Source: Myxococcota bacterium (lineage in GTDB: Bacteria; Myxococcota_A; UBA796; CAJQPC01). From it: 64,000 nt of DNA. The translations under genes and the position numbers were made by a program. The DNA is taken from assembly GCA_036012755.1 (NCBI GenBank), contig DASCPX010000134.1:1-64000 (forward strand). Direction: 5' to 3'. This document shows, in pieces, positions 17,863 to 27,687 of the stretch; the first letter of the stretch is position 1, and the number at the start of each line of letters is the position of its first letter. Under the pieces are notes generated by a model. The model had not been told where the DNA came from, did no database searches, and worked only from the letters and a program-made list of their open reading frames with translations.

Positions 17863-20175
17863 GTGGACCGAAAGCTCTATTCGACCTGCGCGGCGCTGTT
17901 CCTCATCAGCTTCGGTCTCGTTCTCTTCGAGCTGTTGCTCACCCGGCTCTTCGGGGTCGTGCTCTTCGCGCAGTTCGCCCACCTCGCGCTCGCGCTCGCG
18001 CTGCTGGGCATCGGTGTCGGCTCGGTGGCCCAGCACCTCTGGCCGCAGCTGGTCCCCGAAGAGGGCCTCGAGCGCCGCCTCGGCTGGATCGCCCTGGCCC
18101 AGGCAGCGCTCACGGTCGCGGCTGTCGTGGCCACCCTCAGCCTGCCCGTGGTCACGCAGTTCGAGGTCCCGCCGGAGTCCTACCAGGAGCGCTCGGCCAT
18201 CAAGGACGACCTGCTGGACCCCTTCTGGTTCGCCGTGCTGTTGCCGATCCTGGCGCTCCCCTTCACGGCTGCAGGCCTGGCCTTCTCCGGGGTCTTCCAG
18301 CGCCTCCGCCACAAGATCGGTGTGCTCTACGGGGCCGATCTCGTCGGTGGCGCGTGTGGCGCGGTCGTCTTCCTGCCCCTGCTCGGTGTCATGGCCGGAC
18401 CCGACACGGTCTTTCCGATCGTCGCGGCCCTGGGCATCGCCGCGGCCGTCTGCTTCTGGGCATCCGGTGCTCGAAGAGGACTCGTCGTCGCCTGCCTCGT
18501 CGCTGTGCTGGGCATCGGCGCCACGGCCACGGGCATGTCCGAGGTCGAGCTCCTGCGGGTGCGCTACGCGGCTGGCTACAGCGAGGACGGCGTCGTCTAC
18601 ACCAAGTGGACGCCGCTGGTTCGGCTGTCGGTCTACGAGGCAGAGCGCGCGGACCTGGTCCTCCTCGACAACTCGAGCGCGTCGGAGATCGCCAAGGAAC
18701 CCGGGCGGGTCGACGAGCTCGCTCAGGAAGCCAACCGGGCGCTGGTCTACGAGCTGCACGAGCCCGACGAGGGGCGCGTCGCCATCCTCGCGGCCTCCGC
18801 CGGACCAGAGGTCGCCTGTGCACGACGGGCCGGCTTCCACGACATCGACGCCATCGACGTCGTCGGCGACATCTTCGACCTCGTGCGTGAGCGTCACCCC
18901 GACAACCCGGTCAATCCCTACCTCGACCCAGAAGTGCAGACCCTCGGGATCGATGGCCGCGCCGCGATCCTCCACGCAGAGCAGCCCTACGTCATCATCC
19001 ACATGGTGCACGCCAACCTGTGGTCCTCGGCCGGGTTGCTGAGCAACGCGTGGTCCCCCTCCCTGCTGGAGACCGTAGAGGCCTTCGAGACCTACCTCGA
19101 CATGCTCGAGGACGGCGGCACGATCAGCTTCGGCCGCGGCAGCCAGACGCCCCAGCTGGTGAGATCCGCAGCTGTTGCCCTGAGGCGGCGGGGCGTCGAG
19201 GAGCCCTATCGGCACATCGCGGTCCTTGGAGGGGGCGCGAGCGTGATGCTGCTCAAGAAGGAAGCGTGGACCCCGGAGGAGACCGCGGAGCTGCTGGAGG
19301 CGATCCCGTCGTTCCGCAGATCGGTGCTGGTCGGCGACCCCCGGGTCGAACCGGAGAGGCCCCTGTGGTGGGGCAAGCGGATGACCGACGACCGCCCCTA
19401 CCTCGACGATCCGGGCATGGTCGGGCGGCACTTGAAGATGGCCCTCCGCCACTCCACGGGCGAGGAAGAAGAGCCGCTGACGGCGCTCTACCGCAGCGTC
19501 GTCATCCAGGTGGCCTTCGTCCTGGTCGCCGGGCTGCTGTTCATCTTCCTACCGATGCTGCGGCGTGGTCCCACCGAGCTCCGCGGCGTGCGCTTCGTCG
19601 GTCTCGGGCTGCTCTACGTCTCGGGCCTGGGCTACGGCTACCTCGCGGTCGAGACCGTGCTCATCCACGAGCTGGTGCTCTTCGTCGGGCACCCGACCTA
19701 CGCCGTCACCATCGTCATCCTCTCCATGCTCCTGTCCTCGGGCATCGGCTCGGTGCTGGCGGGTCGCGTGGATTCGCAGAGGCTCCTGCGCACGCTCCGC
19801 GTCGTGCTCGTCGGTGTGCTGGGACTCGGCGCCATCCAGGCCTGGGTCGTGCCAGGGCTGCTCTACGACCACGCCCTGGGTCTGTCGCCGGTGCTGCGGA
19901 TGGTCGTCGTGGGTCTGGCCGTCGCGCCGCTGGGGCTCCTGATGGGCATGCCCTTCCCCCTCGCCATGCGCCTGCTCCCACGAGAAGCCGGGGGCATCGT
20001 GCCCTGGGCATGGGCGCTCAATGGCTGGACCAGCGTCGTCGCGGGTCTCGCGACGGTGCTGCTGAGCCGCATCGAGGGCTATGACGTCGCCTTCTCCGTG
20101 GCGCTCGGCGCCTACGTGCTGGCCCTGGCGCTGGCTGGGTTCCTGCCCCGCCTGAGGAGAGCTCAGTCCAGGTAG
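17863..20175 (+). CDS. Spermidine synthase-like/SAM-fold integral membrane protein
   Basis: Many TM helices flanking a soluble domain; LYGADLVG, DGRA, ETVEAF, TDDRPY, LFVGHPTYA, GMPFP, WAWALNG. Confidence 0.75.
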   Translation: MDRKLYSTCAALFLISFGLVLFELLLTRLFGVVLFAQFAHLALALALLGIGVGSVAQHLWPQLVPEEGLERRLGWIALAQAALTVAAVVATLSLPVVTQFEVPPESYQERSAIKDDLLDPFWFAVLLPILALPFTAAGLAFSGVFQRLRHKIGVLYGADLVGGACGAVVFLPLLGVMAGPDTVFPIVAALGIAAAVCFWASGARRGLVVACLVAVLGIGATATGMSEVELLRVRYAAGYSEDGVVYTKWTPLVRLSVYEAERADLVLLDNSSASEIAKEPGRVDELAQEANRALVYELHEPDEGRVAILAASAGPEVACARRAGFHDIDAIDVVGDIFDLVRERHPDNPVNPYLDPEVQTLGIDGRAAILHAEQPYVIIHMVHANLWSSAGLLSNAWSPSLLETVEAFETYLDMLEDGGTISFGRGSQTPQLVRSAAVALRRRGVEEPYRHIAVLGGGASVMLLKKEAWTPEETAELLEAIPSFRRSVLVGDPRVEPERPLWWGKRMTDDRPYLDDPGMVGRHLKMALRHSTGEEEEPLTALYRSVVIQVAFVLVAGLLFIFLPMLRRGPTELRGVRFVGLGLLYVSGLGYGYLAVETVLIHELVLFVGHPTYAVTIVILSMLLSSGIGSVLAGRVDSQRLLRTLRVVLVGVLGLGAIQAWVVPGLLYDHALGLSPVLRMVVVGLAVAPLGLLMGMPFPLAMRLLPREAGGIVPWAWALNGWTSVVAGLATVLLSRIEGYDVAFSVALGAYVLALALAGFLPRLRRAQSR

Positions 20176-22550
20176 CCCAGCGCCCTCAGCTCGTCCTCGC
20201 GCTCCGGCGTGACGCCCGGCATGGCCTGGAGGCTCGGCGCCGGCACCCACGTGGCGCCGACCTTCACCGCTCGGCTGCCGTCCCCGAGCTGGAGGAAGGT
20301 CTCTGCGCGCCCCCTGAGCTGGACCTCGCCTTCGCCCTCGTAGCTGACCTCGCGGGTCTCCCGATAGCGCGTGACGACGAGCTCGAGTCCCCGGGGATCC
20401 CTCACGTCCGCGGGCAGGGCGTAGATCTCTCGGGGGACCTGCCGCTCCGAGGAGTCGATGTGGAGCTCCCCGTCCACCAGCTTCGGTGAGGCCAGGGAGT
20501 CCAGCGGGTCGTAGCCGGACCAGGCCGCGGAGAAGCCAGCGGGGTGCCTGAGCACAAGCGACATCGGCGAGGACATGACGCGCTTGTTCGTCCTCTTCAT
20601 CCCGATGCGCCAGGCCGCGTGTACAGGCCGACCCAGGGCCTCTGCGAGCTCGGCGGCAAGCTCCGCCGATCGCTCGGGAGAGGGCCGCTGCGGCTCCTTC
20701 TCCGCCGGATCGACCGCGAGGTCGTAGAGGCGCTCGCCCGCGGCGCTGAGCACCCACTTCTGCTGTCGGGTGAGCAGGCCCCACTCGTCGGTCCCGTAGA
20801 GCAGGTAGCCGAAGCCCAATGCCCGCTCTCGGAGGGGGTCGAGGTCATCGAGCAGCGAGGCGCCGTCGAGGTCGTCGTAGGGCAACTCGAGCGCGTCGAG
20901 GATGGTCGGTGTGATGTCGAGCAGGCTCACGGGGACATCGCTCCGCCCGGATTCGACCCCCGGGCCACGGACCATCAGGGGGACCCTGAGAAGCTCGTCG
21001 TGCAGTGTGTGTCCGTGCTCGAAGGAGCCGTGCTCCCAGAACTCCTCGCCGTGGTCGCTGTAGAAGACCACCAGATCGTCGTCGTCGAGGACGGCCAGGA
21101 GCCGCTGCAGCTCGTGGTCGAGGTACCTGACGTTCTGACGGTAGCGCGCGCGAACGTAGGGCTTGGCCTCCTCGCGGCGGGCGGCGCTCAGGGTCTGGAT
21201 CTCGCCGCGGGACATGCCCTCGGACAGCCCCACGGGGGGTTCGGGTGCCCACATCGAGCGGAAGGGCTCCGGCTCCCTGTAGGGCATGTGGGGCTCCATC
21301 AGGTGGACCATGAGCAGCACGTCGCGGTCGCGCCAGGCCTTCAGAGACCCCAGCGCCCGGTCGATCTGCGTGCGGACCGGAGAGACGAAGCCGTAGGCAT
21401 AGCGGGACCAGGCGCCGCCCATGCCGAAGGGGGTGTCGAGGAAGGCGTTGCCCACGACGCCGTGGGTCAGGAAGCCCTCCCTCGCCAGCCGTGCGGGCAG
21501 GTTGTCCTCTGGATCCCAGTGGTCTGGGTGTCGCCCGGACAAGGCGGTGCGGGCCGATGGCAGGGTCCACGGCGCCGATGATCGAGCCTGCTCGAAGACG
21601 AGCGCCTCGGCGGCCCAGGCGTCGATGTTCGGGCTGTCCTCGGCCGAGGCCCCATAGACCCCGAGCGCATCGACGCGGAGGGTGTCGACGAAGATGAGCA
21701 CGACGCGCCTGGGGTCCTCTTTCGGTGTGTAGAGCGCGGGCTCTTCCAGGAAGACGTAGTCGAGGTCGTCGCTGTCGCCCCCGTCGACCCGCAGCCGCAA
21801 GTCCACCCGCTCGCCGGCGTGCTCCGAGACGTCGATGCGGACACGCCGCCGGTGCCCGCCGTGCTCCAGCGCCAGCTGGTGAGTGATCTCTCCGTCGACC
21901 TCCAGCACCACGGTGGCGCCGTCACTCCTGGGGCCGAGGACCCACGGCGGGTCGAAGATGGTCGCCTCGAAGCCCACCACGCCGCGCTCGGGGACGAGCA
22001 CGTCCTCCCAGGTCAGCGCGGTCGGGGCGGGCATGAAGAGACCGCGAAATGCGTCCTGGCCCGGCTGCAGGCTGCCGGTGACGAACTCTTCGGGCTTTAG
22101 CCCGGACTCGGCGAAGTTGAGGCGTCTCTCCTTGTCGGTGGCGCGCTGGTAGTGGAGGGAGGCGTCCTCCGGCGGGCCCGCATCCTTGTCCCGTCGTACA
22201 CGCACGAGCTCCTCGCGCACGCTCCACGTGTTCACCGGCAAGGGATCGTCGTCGCTGACGCGGTCGTAGCGAGAGGTCGAGCCGTCGAACATCAGCTTGA
22301 GGCGCTGGGGGCGCTTCCTGGTGGAGTGGCCGAAGTCGATGTGCGACACGGGCAGGTCCGTGCGCCACTCGACCACGCCGTCGTCGTCCCTTCCGACCAC
22401 CCACCCCGAGAGCGGGACCTCGACCGGCGTCGCCTCGCCTCCCGGGCGGCTGGAGTCGGGGAGGTCCTCGATACTGAAGTCGATCCCCCGGGACAGGGGC
22501 ACGACGCCGGGTTCTCCGGGTTGGTCGCAGGCGATGAGCGCTAGCAGCAC
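20163..22550 (-). CDS. Sulfatase-like hydrolase/transferase lipoprotein
   Basis: MLLALIAC; VDTLRVD, PWTLPSAR, EPHMPY, SDHGEEFWEHGSFEHGH, LRALGY. Confidence 0.85.
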   Translation of the reverse strand: MLLALIACDQPGEPGVVPLSRGIDFSIEDLPDSSRPGGEATPVEVPLSGWVVGRDDDGVVEWRTDLPVSHIDFGHSTRKRPQRLKLMFDGSTSRYDRVSDDDPLPVNTWSVREELVRVRRDKDAGPPEDASLHYQRATDKERRLNFAESGLKPEEFVTGSLQPGQDAFRGLFMPAPTALTWEDVLVPERGVVGFEATIFDPPWVLGPRSDGATVVLEVDGEITHQLALEHGGHRRRVRIDVSEHAGERVDLRLRVDGGDSDDLDYVFLEEPALYTPKEDPRRVVLIFVDTLRVDALGVYGASAEDSPNIDAWAAEALVFEQARSSAPWTLPSARTALSGRHPDHWDPEDNLPARLAREGFLTHGVVGNAFLDTPFGMGGAWSRYAYGFVSPVRTQIDRALGSLKAWRDRDVLLMVHLMEPHMPYREPEPFRSMWAPEPPVGLSEGMSRGEIQTLSAARREEAKPYVRARYRQNVRYLDHELQRLLAVLDDDDLVVFYSDHGEEFWEHGSFEHGHTLHDELLRVPLMVRGPGVESGRSDVPVSLLDITPTILDALELPYDDLDGASLLDDLDPLRERALGFGYLLYGTDEWGLLTRQQKWVLSAAGERLYDLAVDPAEKEPQRPSPERSAELAAELAEALGRPVHAAWRIGMKRTNKRVMSSPMSLVLRHPAGFSAAWSGYDPLDSLASPKLVDGELHIDSSERQVPREIYALPADVRDPRGLELVVTRYRETREVSYEGEGEVQLRGRAETFLQLGDGSRAVKVGATWVPAPSLQAMPGVTPEREDELRALGYLD

Positions 22551-22629
22551 CGCGCCGACCTAACCTCATCCGGCTCATCTTGACCGCAGCCCACTCGGTG
22601 AGCAGTTAGCTGGCCGCGCGGAGATACCC

Positions 22630-23949
22630 ATGCTCGATCCCAAGCTCGTCGAGAACGACCCGGAGCTCGTGCGCGCGGCCCTGACCCTGCGGAATGCCGA
22701 CGAGGGCGCGCTCGCGACCCTGGAGCGCGTAGCCGAGATCAACGGCCGCCGGCGTGCTGTCATCCAAGAGGGCGACGCCTGCCGTGCCCTGCGCAACGAG
22801 CTCAGCCCGCAGATCGGGCAGCTCTACCGGGGTGGGCGAGGCGGCGAGGCCACCGCGCTGAAGACCCGGGTCGCCGACGCCAGCCAGAAGGCCAAGGCGC
22901 TGGAGACCGAGCAGGCGGAGCTCGAGGCCGAGCGTGACGCGCTGCTGTTGGCCCTGCCCAACCTGGTCGATGCCCGGGTCACTCCCGGCAAGGGCGAAGA
23001 GGACAACGTCGAGGTCCGCAGCTGGGGCGTGAAGCCCGCGCTGGACTTCGAGCCCAGGACCCACGACGAGCTAGGCGCTGCCTTGCAGATCCTCGACTTC
23101 GAGCGGGGCGCGAAGCTCAGCGGCGCGCGCTTCACGGTGCTCCGAGGAGTCGGCGCGAAGCTCGAGCGTGGCCTGGTGAACCTCTTCCTCCACATGGCGG
23201 AGGAGCGCGACTACACAGAGGTGATGGTCCCCTACATCGTGTGGCGGGACACGATGGCGGGAACTGGCCAGCTGCCCAAGTTCGAAGACGATCTGTTCAA
23301 GCTGAGCGACCCGCTCAACGGCCAGGACGGCTTCCTGATCCCGACGGCCGAGGTGCCGGTCACGAACCTCCACCGAGACGAGATCCTCGAAGAGGACGAC
23401 CTGCCCATCGCGTATGCCTGCTTCACCCCCTGCTTCAGGGCCGAGGCCGGCAGCTACGGAAAGGACACCAAGGGCCTGATTCGCCAGCACCAGTTCCACA
23501 AGGTCGAGCTCGTCCGCATCGCCAGGCCAGAGGACGGCGACGACCAGCACGAGCTGCTCACGAAGCACGCAGAGGAAGTGCTCCAGGCCCTCGGTCTGCC
23601 CTACCGGGTCATGAGGCTGTGCGGGGGCGATCTCGGCTTCAGCGCTCGCCACTGCTACGACCTCGAGGTCTGGCTGCCGGGCCAGGGCAAGTACCGTGAG
23701 ATCAGCAGCTGCAGCACCTTCGGTGACTTCCAGGCTCGCCGGATGAAGCTGCGCTATCGCCCGAACCCGGTCGACGGAAAGAAGCAGAAAGCACGCCTGG
23801 CGACGACCATCAATGGCAGCGCATTGGCGGTCGGGCGAACCCTGGTTGCGATCCTCGAAAACTACCAGCAAGCTGACGGAAGCATAGTGATTCCGGAGGT
23901 CCTGAGGCCCTTCGTGGGCGGCCTTGACCGCATCGCGGCGGGAGATTAG
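22630..23949 (+). CDS. serS: Serine--tRNA ligase
   Basis: N-terminal coiled coil; GTGQLPKF, IPTAEVP, FRAEAGS, RQHQFHKVEL, EISSCS, NGSALAVGR. Confidence 0.97.
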   Translation: MLDPKLVENDPELVRAALTLRNADEGALATLERVAEINGRRRAVIQEGDACRALRNELSPQIGQLYRGGRGGEATALKTRVADASQKAKALETEQAELEAERDALLLALPNLVDARVTPGKGEEDNVEVRSWGVKPALDFEPRTHDELGAALQILDFERGAKLSGARFTVLRGVGAKLERGLVNLFLHMAEERDYTEVMVPYIVWRDTMAGTGQLPKFEDDLFKLSDPLNGQDGFLIPTAEVPVTNLHRDEILEEDDLPIAYACFTPCFRAEAGSYGKDTKGLIRQHQFHKVELVRIARPEDGDDQHELLTKHAEEVLQALGLPYRVMRLCGGDLGFSARHCYDLEVWLPGQGKYREISSCSTFGDFQARRMKLRYRPNPVDGKKQKARLATTINGSALAVGRTLVAILENYQQADGSIVIPEVLRPFVGGLDRIAAGD

Positions 23950-23976
23950 TTCTGCGGGGCTCGCCGCCCACCATCT

Positions 23977-24061
23977 GGAGGCGTGGCCGAGTGGTCGAAG
24001 GCGTCGGTCTTGAAAACCGATGACCCTCACGGGTCCGTGGGTTCGAATCCCACCGCCTCCT
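23977..24061 (+). tRNA. tRNA-Ser (TGA)
   Basis: GGAGGCG/CGCCTCC acceptor stem, TCGGT-CT-TGA-AA-ACCGA anticodon arm, long variable arm, GTTCGAATC; CCA not encoded. Confidence 0.95.
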
Positions 24062-24079
24062 TTGTTCTTTTCAGGTTCT

Positions 24080-24171
24080 GGAGACGTGACCGAGTGGCTG
24101 AAGGTGCATGATTGCTAATCATGTGAGTGGGGAAACTTGCTCCGAGGGTTCGAATCCCTCCGTCTCCGCCA
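24080..24171 (+). tRNA. tRNA-Ser (GCT)
   Basis: GGAGACG/CGTCTCC acceptor, CATGA-TT-GCT-AA-TCATG anticodon arm, long variable arm, ends GCCA. Confidence 0.95.
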
Positions 24172-24184
24172 TCCCGTCTCGTGC

Positions 24185-24258
24185 GCACCCATAGCTCAAT
24201 TGGATAGAGCGTCGGACTACGGATCCGAAGGTTAGGGGTTCGATTCCTCTTGGGTGTA
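24185..24258 (+). tRNA. tRNA-Arg (ACG)
   Basis: GCACCCA/TGGGTGT acceptor, TCGGA-CT-ACG-GA-TCCGA anticodon arm, GTTCGATTC T-loop. Confidence 0.95.
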
Positions 24259-24261
24259 CCC

Positions 24262-24304
24262 GAAGCCCCGCAGCCTCCACCGGTTGCGGGGCTTCTTCCT
24301 TTCC
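24262..24304 (+). terminator. Rho-independent terminator after serS-tRNA operon
   Basis: GAAGCCCCGCAGCC-TCCACC-GGTTGCGGGGCTTC hairpin followed by TTCCTTT. Confidence 0.8.
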
Positions 24305-24308
24305 AGGT

Positions 24309-25013
24309 CTACTCCCCGTTTCGCTCCACCGTGGTCTCGCCGCCCAGGTCGGCAGCCCAGGCCAGTGCCGCCCGGGCGTGCTCGGGGTCGAGCGTGCCCA
24401 CTATCGGTTGGACTCCACGCTCCAGGAGCCACCCGATGGACTCCCGCGCGTCGAGGCGGCCGCCGTCGAGTGGACGCGAGGCCTGGAAGAGCACGCCGTG
24501 TTCCCTGCAGAAGGGGAGGATCTCCGCCTCGACGGACCGCTGACCCGAGTTGTACTCGGCCTGGACCACCTCGAGCGTGACACCCTCCTCGCCCGCGACG
24601 CGCCAGGCCTCTCGGAGCTGCCCGAGGTCGTGGTTGGAGACCCCGATACCCTCCGCTCGCCCGGAGTGGACCAATGCGGCCAGCTCGCGGATCCAGGCGC
24701 TGTTGTCGCGCACCTCGACCGGGAAGTGGAGCAGGCAGAGCCGGACCGAGCTCGCCTGCAGTCGAGCCAGCGAGGCGTCCAGGGCATCGGCCACCGAGCT
24801 GGGGCGCCTCCAGGGGTGGGGCATCACCTTGGTCGCGACGAGGGGCTCGCCAGCCAGGGCGCGCTCCGAGCGTCCGAGCCCGTAGACCTCTGCGGTGTCG
24901 AAGAGCACCGGGCCGCCCTCGGTCCACGCGGCCCGCACGGCCCGCACGGCCTCGCCTGGCCGGTAGCGATTGGTCCCGGCGGCGATGGGTCCCAGGGGGA
25001 GGGGAGCAGACAC
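24309..25013 (-). CDS. Aldo/keto reductase (short)
   Basis: FDTAEVYG.G.SE, VATK, LHFP, IGVSN, VQAEYN motifs. Confidence 0.85.
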   Translation of the reverse strand: MSAPLPLGPIAAGTNRYRPGEAVRAVRAAWTEGGPVLFDTAEVYGLGRSERALAGEPLVATKVMPHPWRRPSSVADALDASLARLQASSVRLCLLHFPVEVRDNSAWIRELAALVHSGRAEGIGVSNHDLGQLREAWRVAGEEGVTLEVVQAEYNSGQRSVEAEILPFCREHGVLFQASRPLDGGRLDARESIGWLLERGVQPIVGTLDPEHARAALAWAADLGGETTVERNGE

Positions 25014-25030
25014 GTGAGCTATTGTCAGCC

Positions 25031-26029
25031 ATGGCCTCTGTCGCGCGGCGAATCGCGTACTCCGCAGTCGTCGCGTTAGCCCTGACCCCCGTGCTGGTCG
25101 AGATCGGCGTGCGCGTCTGGGACCCTACGCCACGGCGCATGGTGATCCGTCCCGGCCCGGAGCTCGTCGTCGAGCGCGTGCAGGGCACCCCCCTGTGGTG
25201 GGCGCCGGAGGATGCCCCGCGCCTGCGCGAGCCCGAGTGCGAGGGCGACCGCCGCGTGCTCATCGTCGGCGACTCGATCCTGAAGGGCTGGGGAGTGCCC
25301 GTGGAGGAGTCCTGGTCCGTCCTCTGGCGCGAAGAGGCGCGTGAGGACGGTCTCTGCGTGCACAACTACGCCTCTCCTGGCTACGGCCACGCCGAGGAGT
25401 GGGCGCTGACGCAGGAGTACGTTCCGCAGCTCGAGCCGGATCTGCTCGTCTACGAGGTCTACGCGCTGGCCCACCCCGACCACGCGGACGTCCAGCGCAT
25501 GGTGGGGGGAACCATCTTCGATCTGCGCGGCCTTCGTGTCGGTCCCGACGGCGCGCCCCGGGTCTTCGCCGTGCCGGCTTCGCTGAATCACTGGCTCTTC
25601 GCCAACTCCTACGCCTACCAGTACATCAACCTCGCAGCCGGTTCACCCTCGGCGACCGTCGGCAGCTTCGTTCCAGCGGTGCCGCCCGAGACCCTGCAGC
25701 GGGTGGCGGACTTCGCCCTCGAGCAGGGGGTGGAGGTCGCCTTCGTGCTCTGCCACCGCCTCGACATCGCCTTTCCCTTCCTCGTCGACGCCCCCCCCCC
25801 TCGCCTGACGGGGGCTCGGGAGGTCGCGGAGAACAACGCCCACGTCCACCTCGTCGACACCGCGGAGCTCCTCGCGGATCAGGACGTCACGGCCGTGCGC
25901 CTCGACGAGTGCTGCCACTTCAACAAGCGAGGTCAGCGCCTGCTCGCCGAGCGGCTCGGCGCCGCGCTGGAGGCTCACATCCCCGGGCAGACGCCGGGCC
26001 TGAGTCCGAGCTCCGGCGCGTTGCGGTAG
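25031..26029 (+). CDS. SGNH/GDSL hydrolase family protein, N-terminal membrane anchor
   Basis: IVGDSI, NYASPGY, PDL, DECCHFNKRGQ. Confidence 0.8.
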   Translation: MASVARRIAYSAVVALALTPVLVEIGVRVWDPTPRRMVIRPGPELVVERVQGTPLWWAPEDAPRLREPECEGDRRVLIVGDSILKGWGVPVEESWSVLWREEAREDGLCVHNYASPGYGHAEEWALTQEYVPQLEPDLLVYEVYALAHPDHADVQRMVGGTIFDLRGLRVGPDGAPRVFAVPASLNHWLFANSYAYQYINLAAGSPSATVGSFVPAVPPETLQRVADFALEQGVEVAFVLCHRLDIAFPFLVDAPPPRLTGAREVAENNAHVHLVDTAELLADQDVTAVRLDECCHFNKRGQRLLAERLGAALEAHIPGQTPGLSPSSGALR

Positions 26030-27687
26030 ATCCGGCCAGGAGAGGTCCGCTGCACCTTCAGGCGCGGATCCGGTTCCAGCCGGAAGAGGTGGATGCCGTC
26101 CCCGGAGGCCACCGGAGGGCCGAGGGTCTCTTCGAGCTCGACCAGCTCGTCCTCGGCGTCGACGTGGGGAGCGACCCAGGTCTCGTGGTAGGCGAGCCAG
26201 GCGAAGCCGTGGCCCTCGATGCAGGAGATGGTGTCGGGCCAGCTCTCGCTCACACCGAGCATCACCTCGCGCATGCCGTCGAAGGCGGTCGAGCCGAGGT
26301 TGATCGCGACCGGCAGTGGTTGCTCGTGAGAGGTCTGGGCGAGGAAGATCGCGCCCGGAGCGAGCGCCCGACCGTCTCGCACCCGGGGGACCTCGACCAG
26401 CGGTCCGTCGACGAGGTCGTAGAGCCCTGGAACAGAGGCCGGCGCTGTTCCGACGAGGAGGGGAACGGGCAGGGAGAGCCCCCGCTCGATGGTCCAGCCG
26501 ACGAGCAATCCCGCGGCTAGCCACCACCGGGGCCACCGTGCGAGGAGCGCCGCCACTCCCACGGCTGCCAGTGGACCGAAGGCGCCGACCTGCTGCCAGA
26601 CCGGCGGGATCGCTCCGTAGGTCGGCACGAAGGCCGAGAACAGAGCGAACAGCGGGTTCGGGACTCCGACTCCGCCAAGGGTAGAGCCCGTCGCCAGCAG
26701 CGCCATCAGCACTCCGACCGCGACGACGACCCGCACGTCGAAGCGCCCCGCCCAGGCGCCGGCGAGGCCGGCCAACAGCGGGATCCAGCCCAGGTAGACG
26801 AGCTTGTGGAGGCGATCACCGACCAGCGTCGTCCCCATGTCGCGGGACACGGTCACCGGGTCGAGCAGGGTGGCGAAGGTGGCCACGTCGGGGGTGTGTC
26901 GAAGACCCAGGGAGAGCTCGGTGCGTCCAGGCTGGATCGACGCGGACCAGGGATCCGTGGCCGCCGCGTGGACCAGCGCGTAGACCGCGATGAGCCCGAC
27001 ACAGACGGCCAGGAGCGTCGCCGCCAGCGGGATCCAGTGGGTCTGCTGGCGGCCTCTGAGCGCCCAGATCGGGAAGCTCAGCAACAGCACAACGACGCAG
27101 AAGACGCCGTAGACCTGGCAGCCGGCGGTGGTCACGGCCACCGCCACCGCGGCGCCCAGACCCCAGCGCCACGAGCCGTCACGGGCCGCCTTCAGCAGGC
27201 CGAGGACGAGGAGTGGAAAGACCCAGACGGTCAGGCGCTCGTGCACGCCGCTCTCGAGGGCGTAGCCGTAGAGGTAGGGCGCGCTCTGGGCGAAGAGCCC
27301 GGCGAAGGTCGCGCCCAGCCTGCTGCCGGTGAGCTCTACCGCCAGGCGGTAGGTGGCGGCGCCGATCAACAGGAAGCTCAGGAGGATCCAGAGGTTCGCC
27401 GCTGCCACCGGACCAAGCGCGAAGGCGACCGGGCTCATCAGCAGAGCCGGGACGAGCATCACGTCGAGGAGGTTGGCCCCGCCCGGCGCGTTCAGGAATG
27501 GCGTCTCGAAGAGGTGACCCTCGGCGAGCACGGCGGGAGCGTGCCAGAAGGACCATGCGTGCTTGTAGACATCGCCGTAGTCGTCCCCGGGGAGCGCGCT
27601 GCGAAGGCTTGCCAGGACACGGGCCAGGGGAAGGGCAGCGCCGAGGAACAGCGCCCCCCAGGGTCCAAAGCGCCGAAGCGGGCTCAG
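25975..27687 (-). CDS. Polytopic membrane protein, GT-C/YfhO-like; probable CTG start
   Basis: Frame is open 52 codons upstream of the ORF-track start (27531) to a CTGA overlap; includes GDVYKHAWSFW, LNAPGG, APYL, AQTSHEQPL. Confidence 0.65.
   Translation of the reverse strand: MSPLRRFGPWGALFLGAALPLARVLASLRSALPGDDYGDVYKHAWSFWHAPAVLAEGHLFETPFLNAPGGANLLDVMLVPALLMSPVAFALGPVAAANLWILLSFLLIGAATYRLAVELTGSRLGATFAGLFAQSAPYLYGYALESGVHERLTVWVFPLLVLGLLKAARDGSWRWGLGAAVAVAVTTAGCQVYGVFCVVVLLLSFPIWALRGRQQTHWIPLAATLLAVCVGLIAVYALVHAAATDPWSASIQPGRTELSLGLRHTPDVATFATLLDPVTVSRDMGTTLVGDRLHKLVYLGWIPLLAGLAGAWAGRFDVRVVVAVGVLMALLATGSTLGGVGVPNPLFALFSAFVPTYGAIPPVWQQVGAFGPLAAVGVAALLARWPRWWLAAGLLVGWTIERGLSLPVPLLVGTAPASVPGLYDLVDGPLVEVPRVRDGRALAPGAIFLAQTSHEQPLPVAINLGSTAFDGMREVMLGVSESWPDTISCIEGHGFAWLAYHETWVAPHVDAEDELVELEETLGPPVASGDGIHLFRLEPDPRLKVQRTSPGRIYRNAPELGLRPGVCPGM

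Noticed and set aside
16044..18890. 948-aa plus-strand ORF
   Set aside because: Antisense shadow of the hybrid kinase running out of frame into the 17863 gene; no motifs.
22551..22629. T-box riboswitch upstream of serS
   Set aside because: Only ~80 bp available, with no T-box consensus or terminator.
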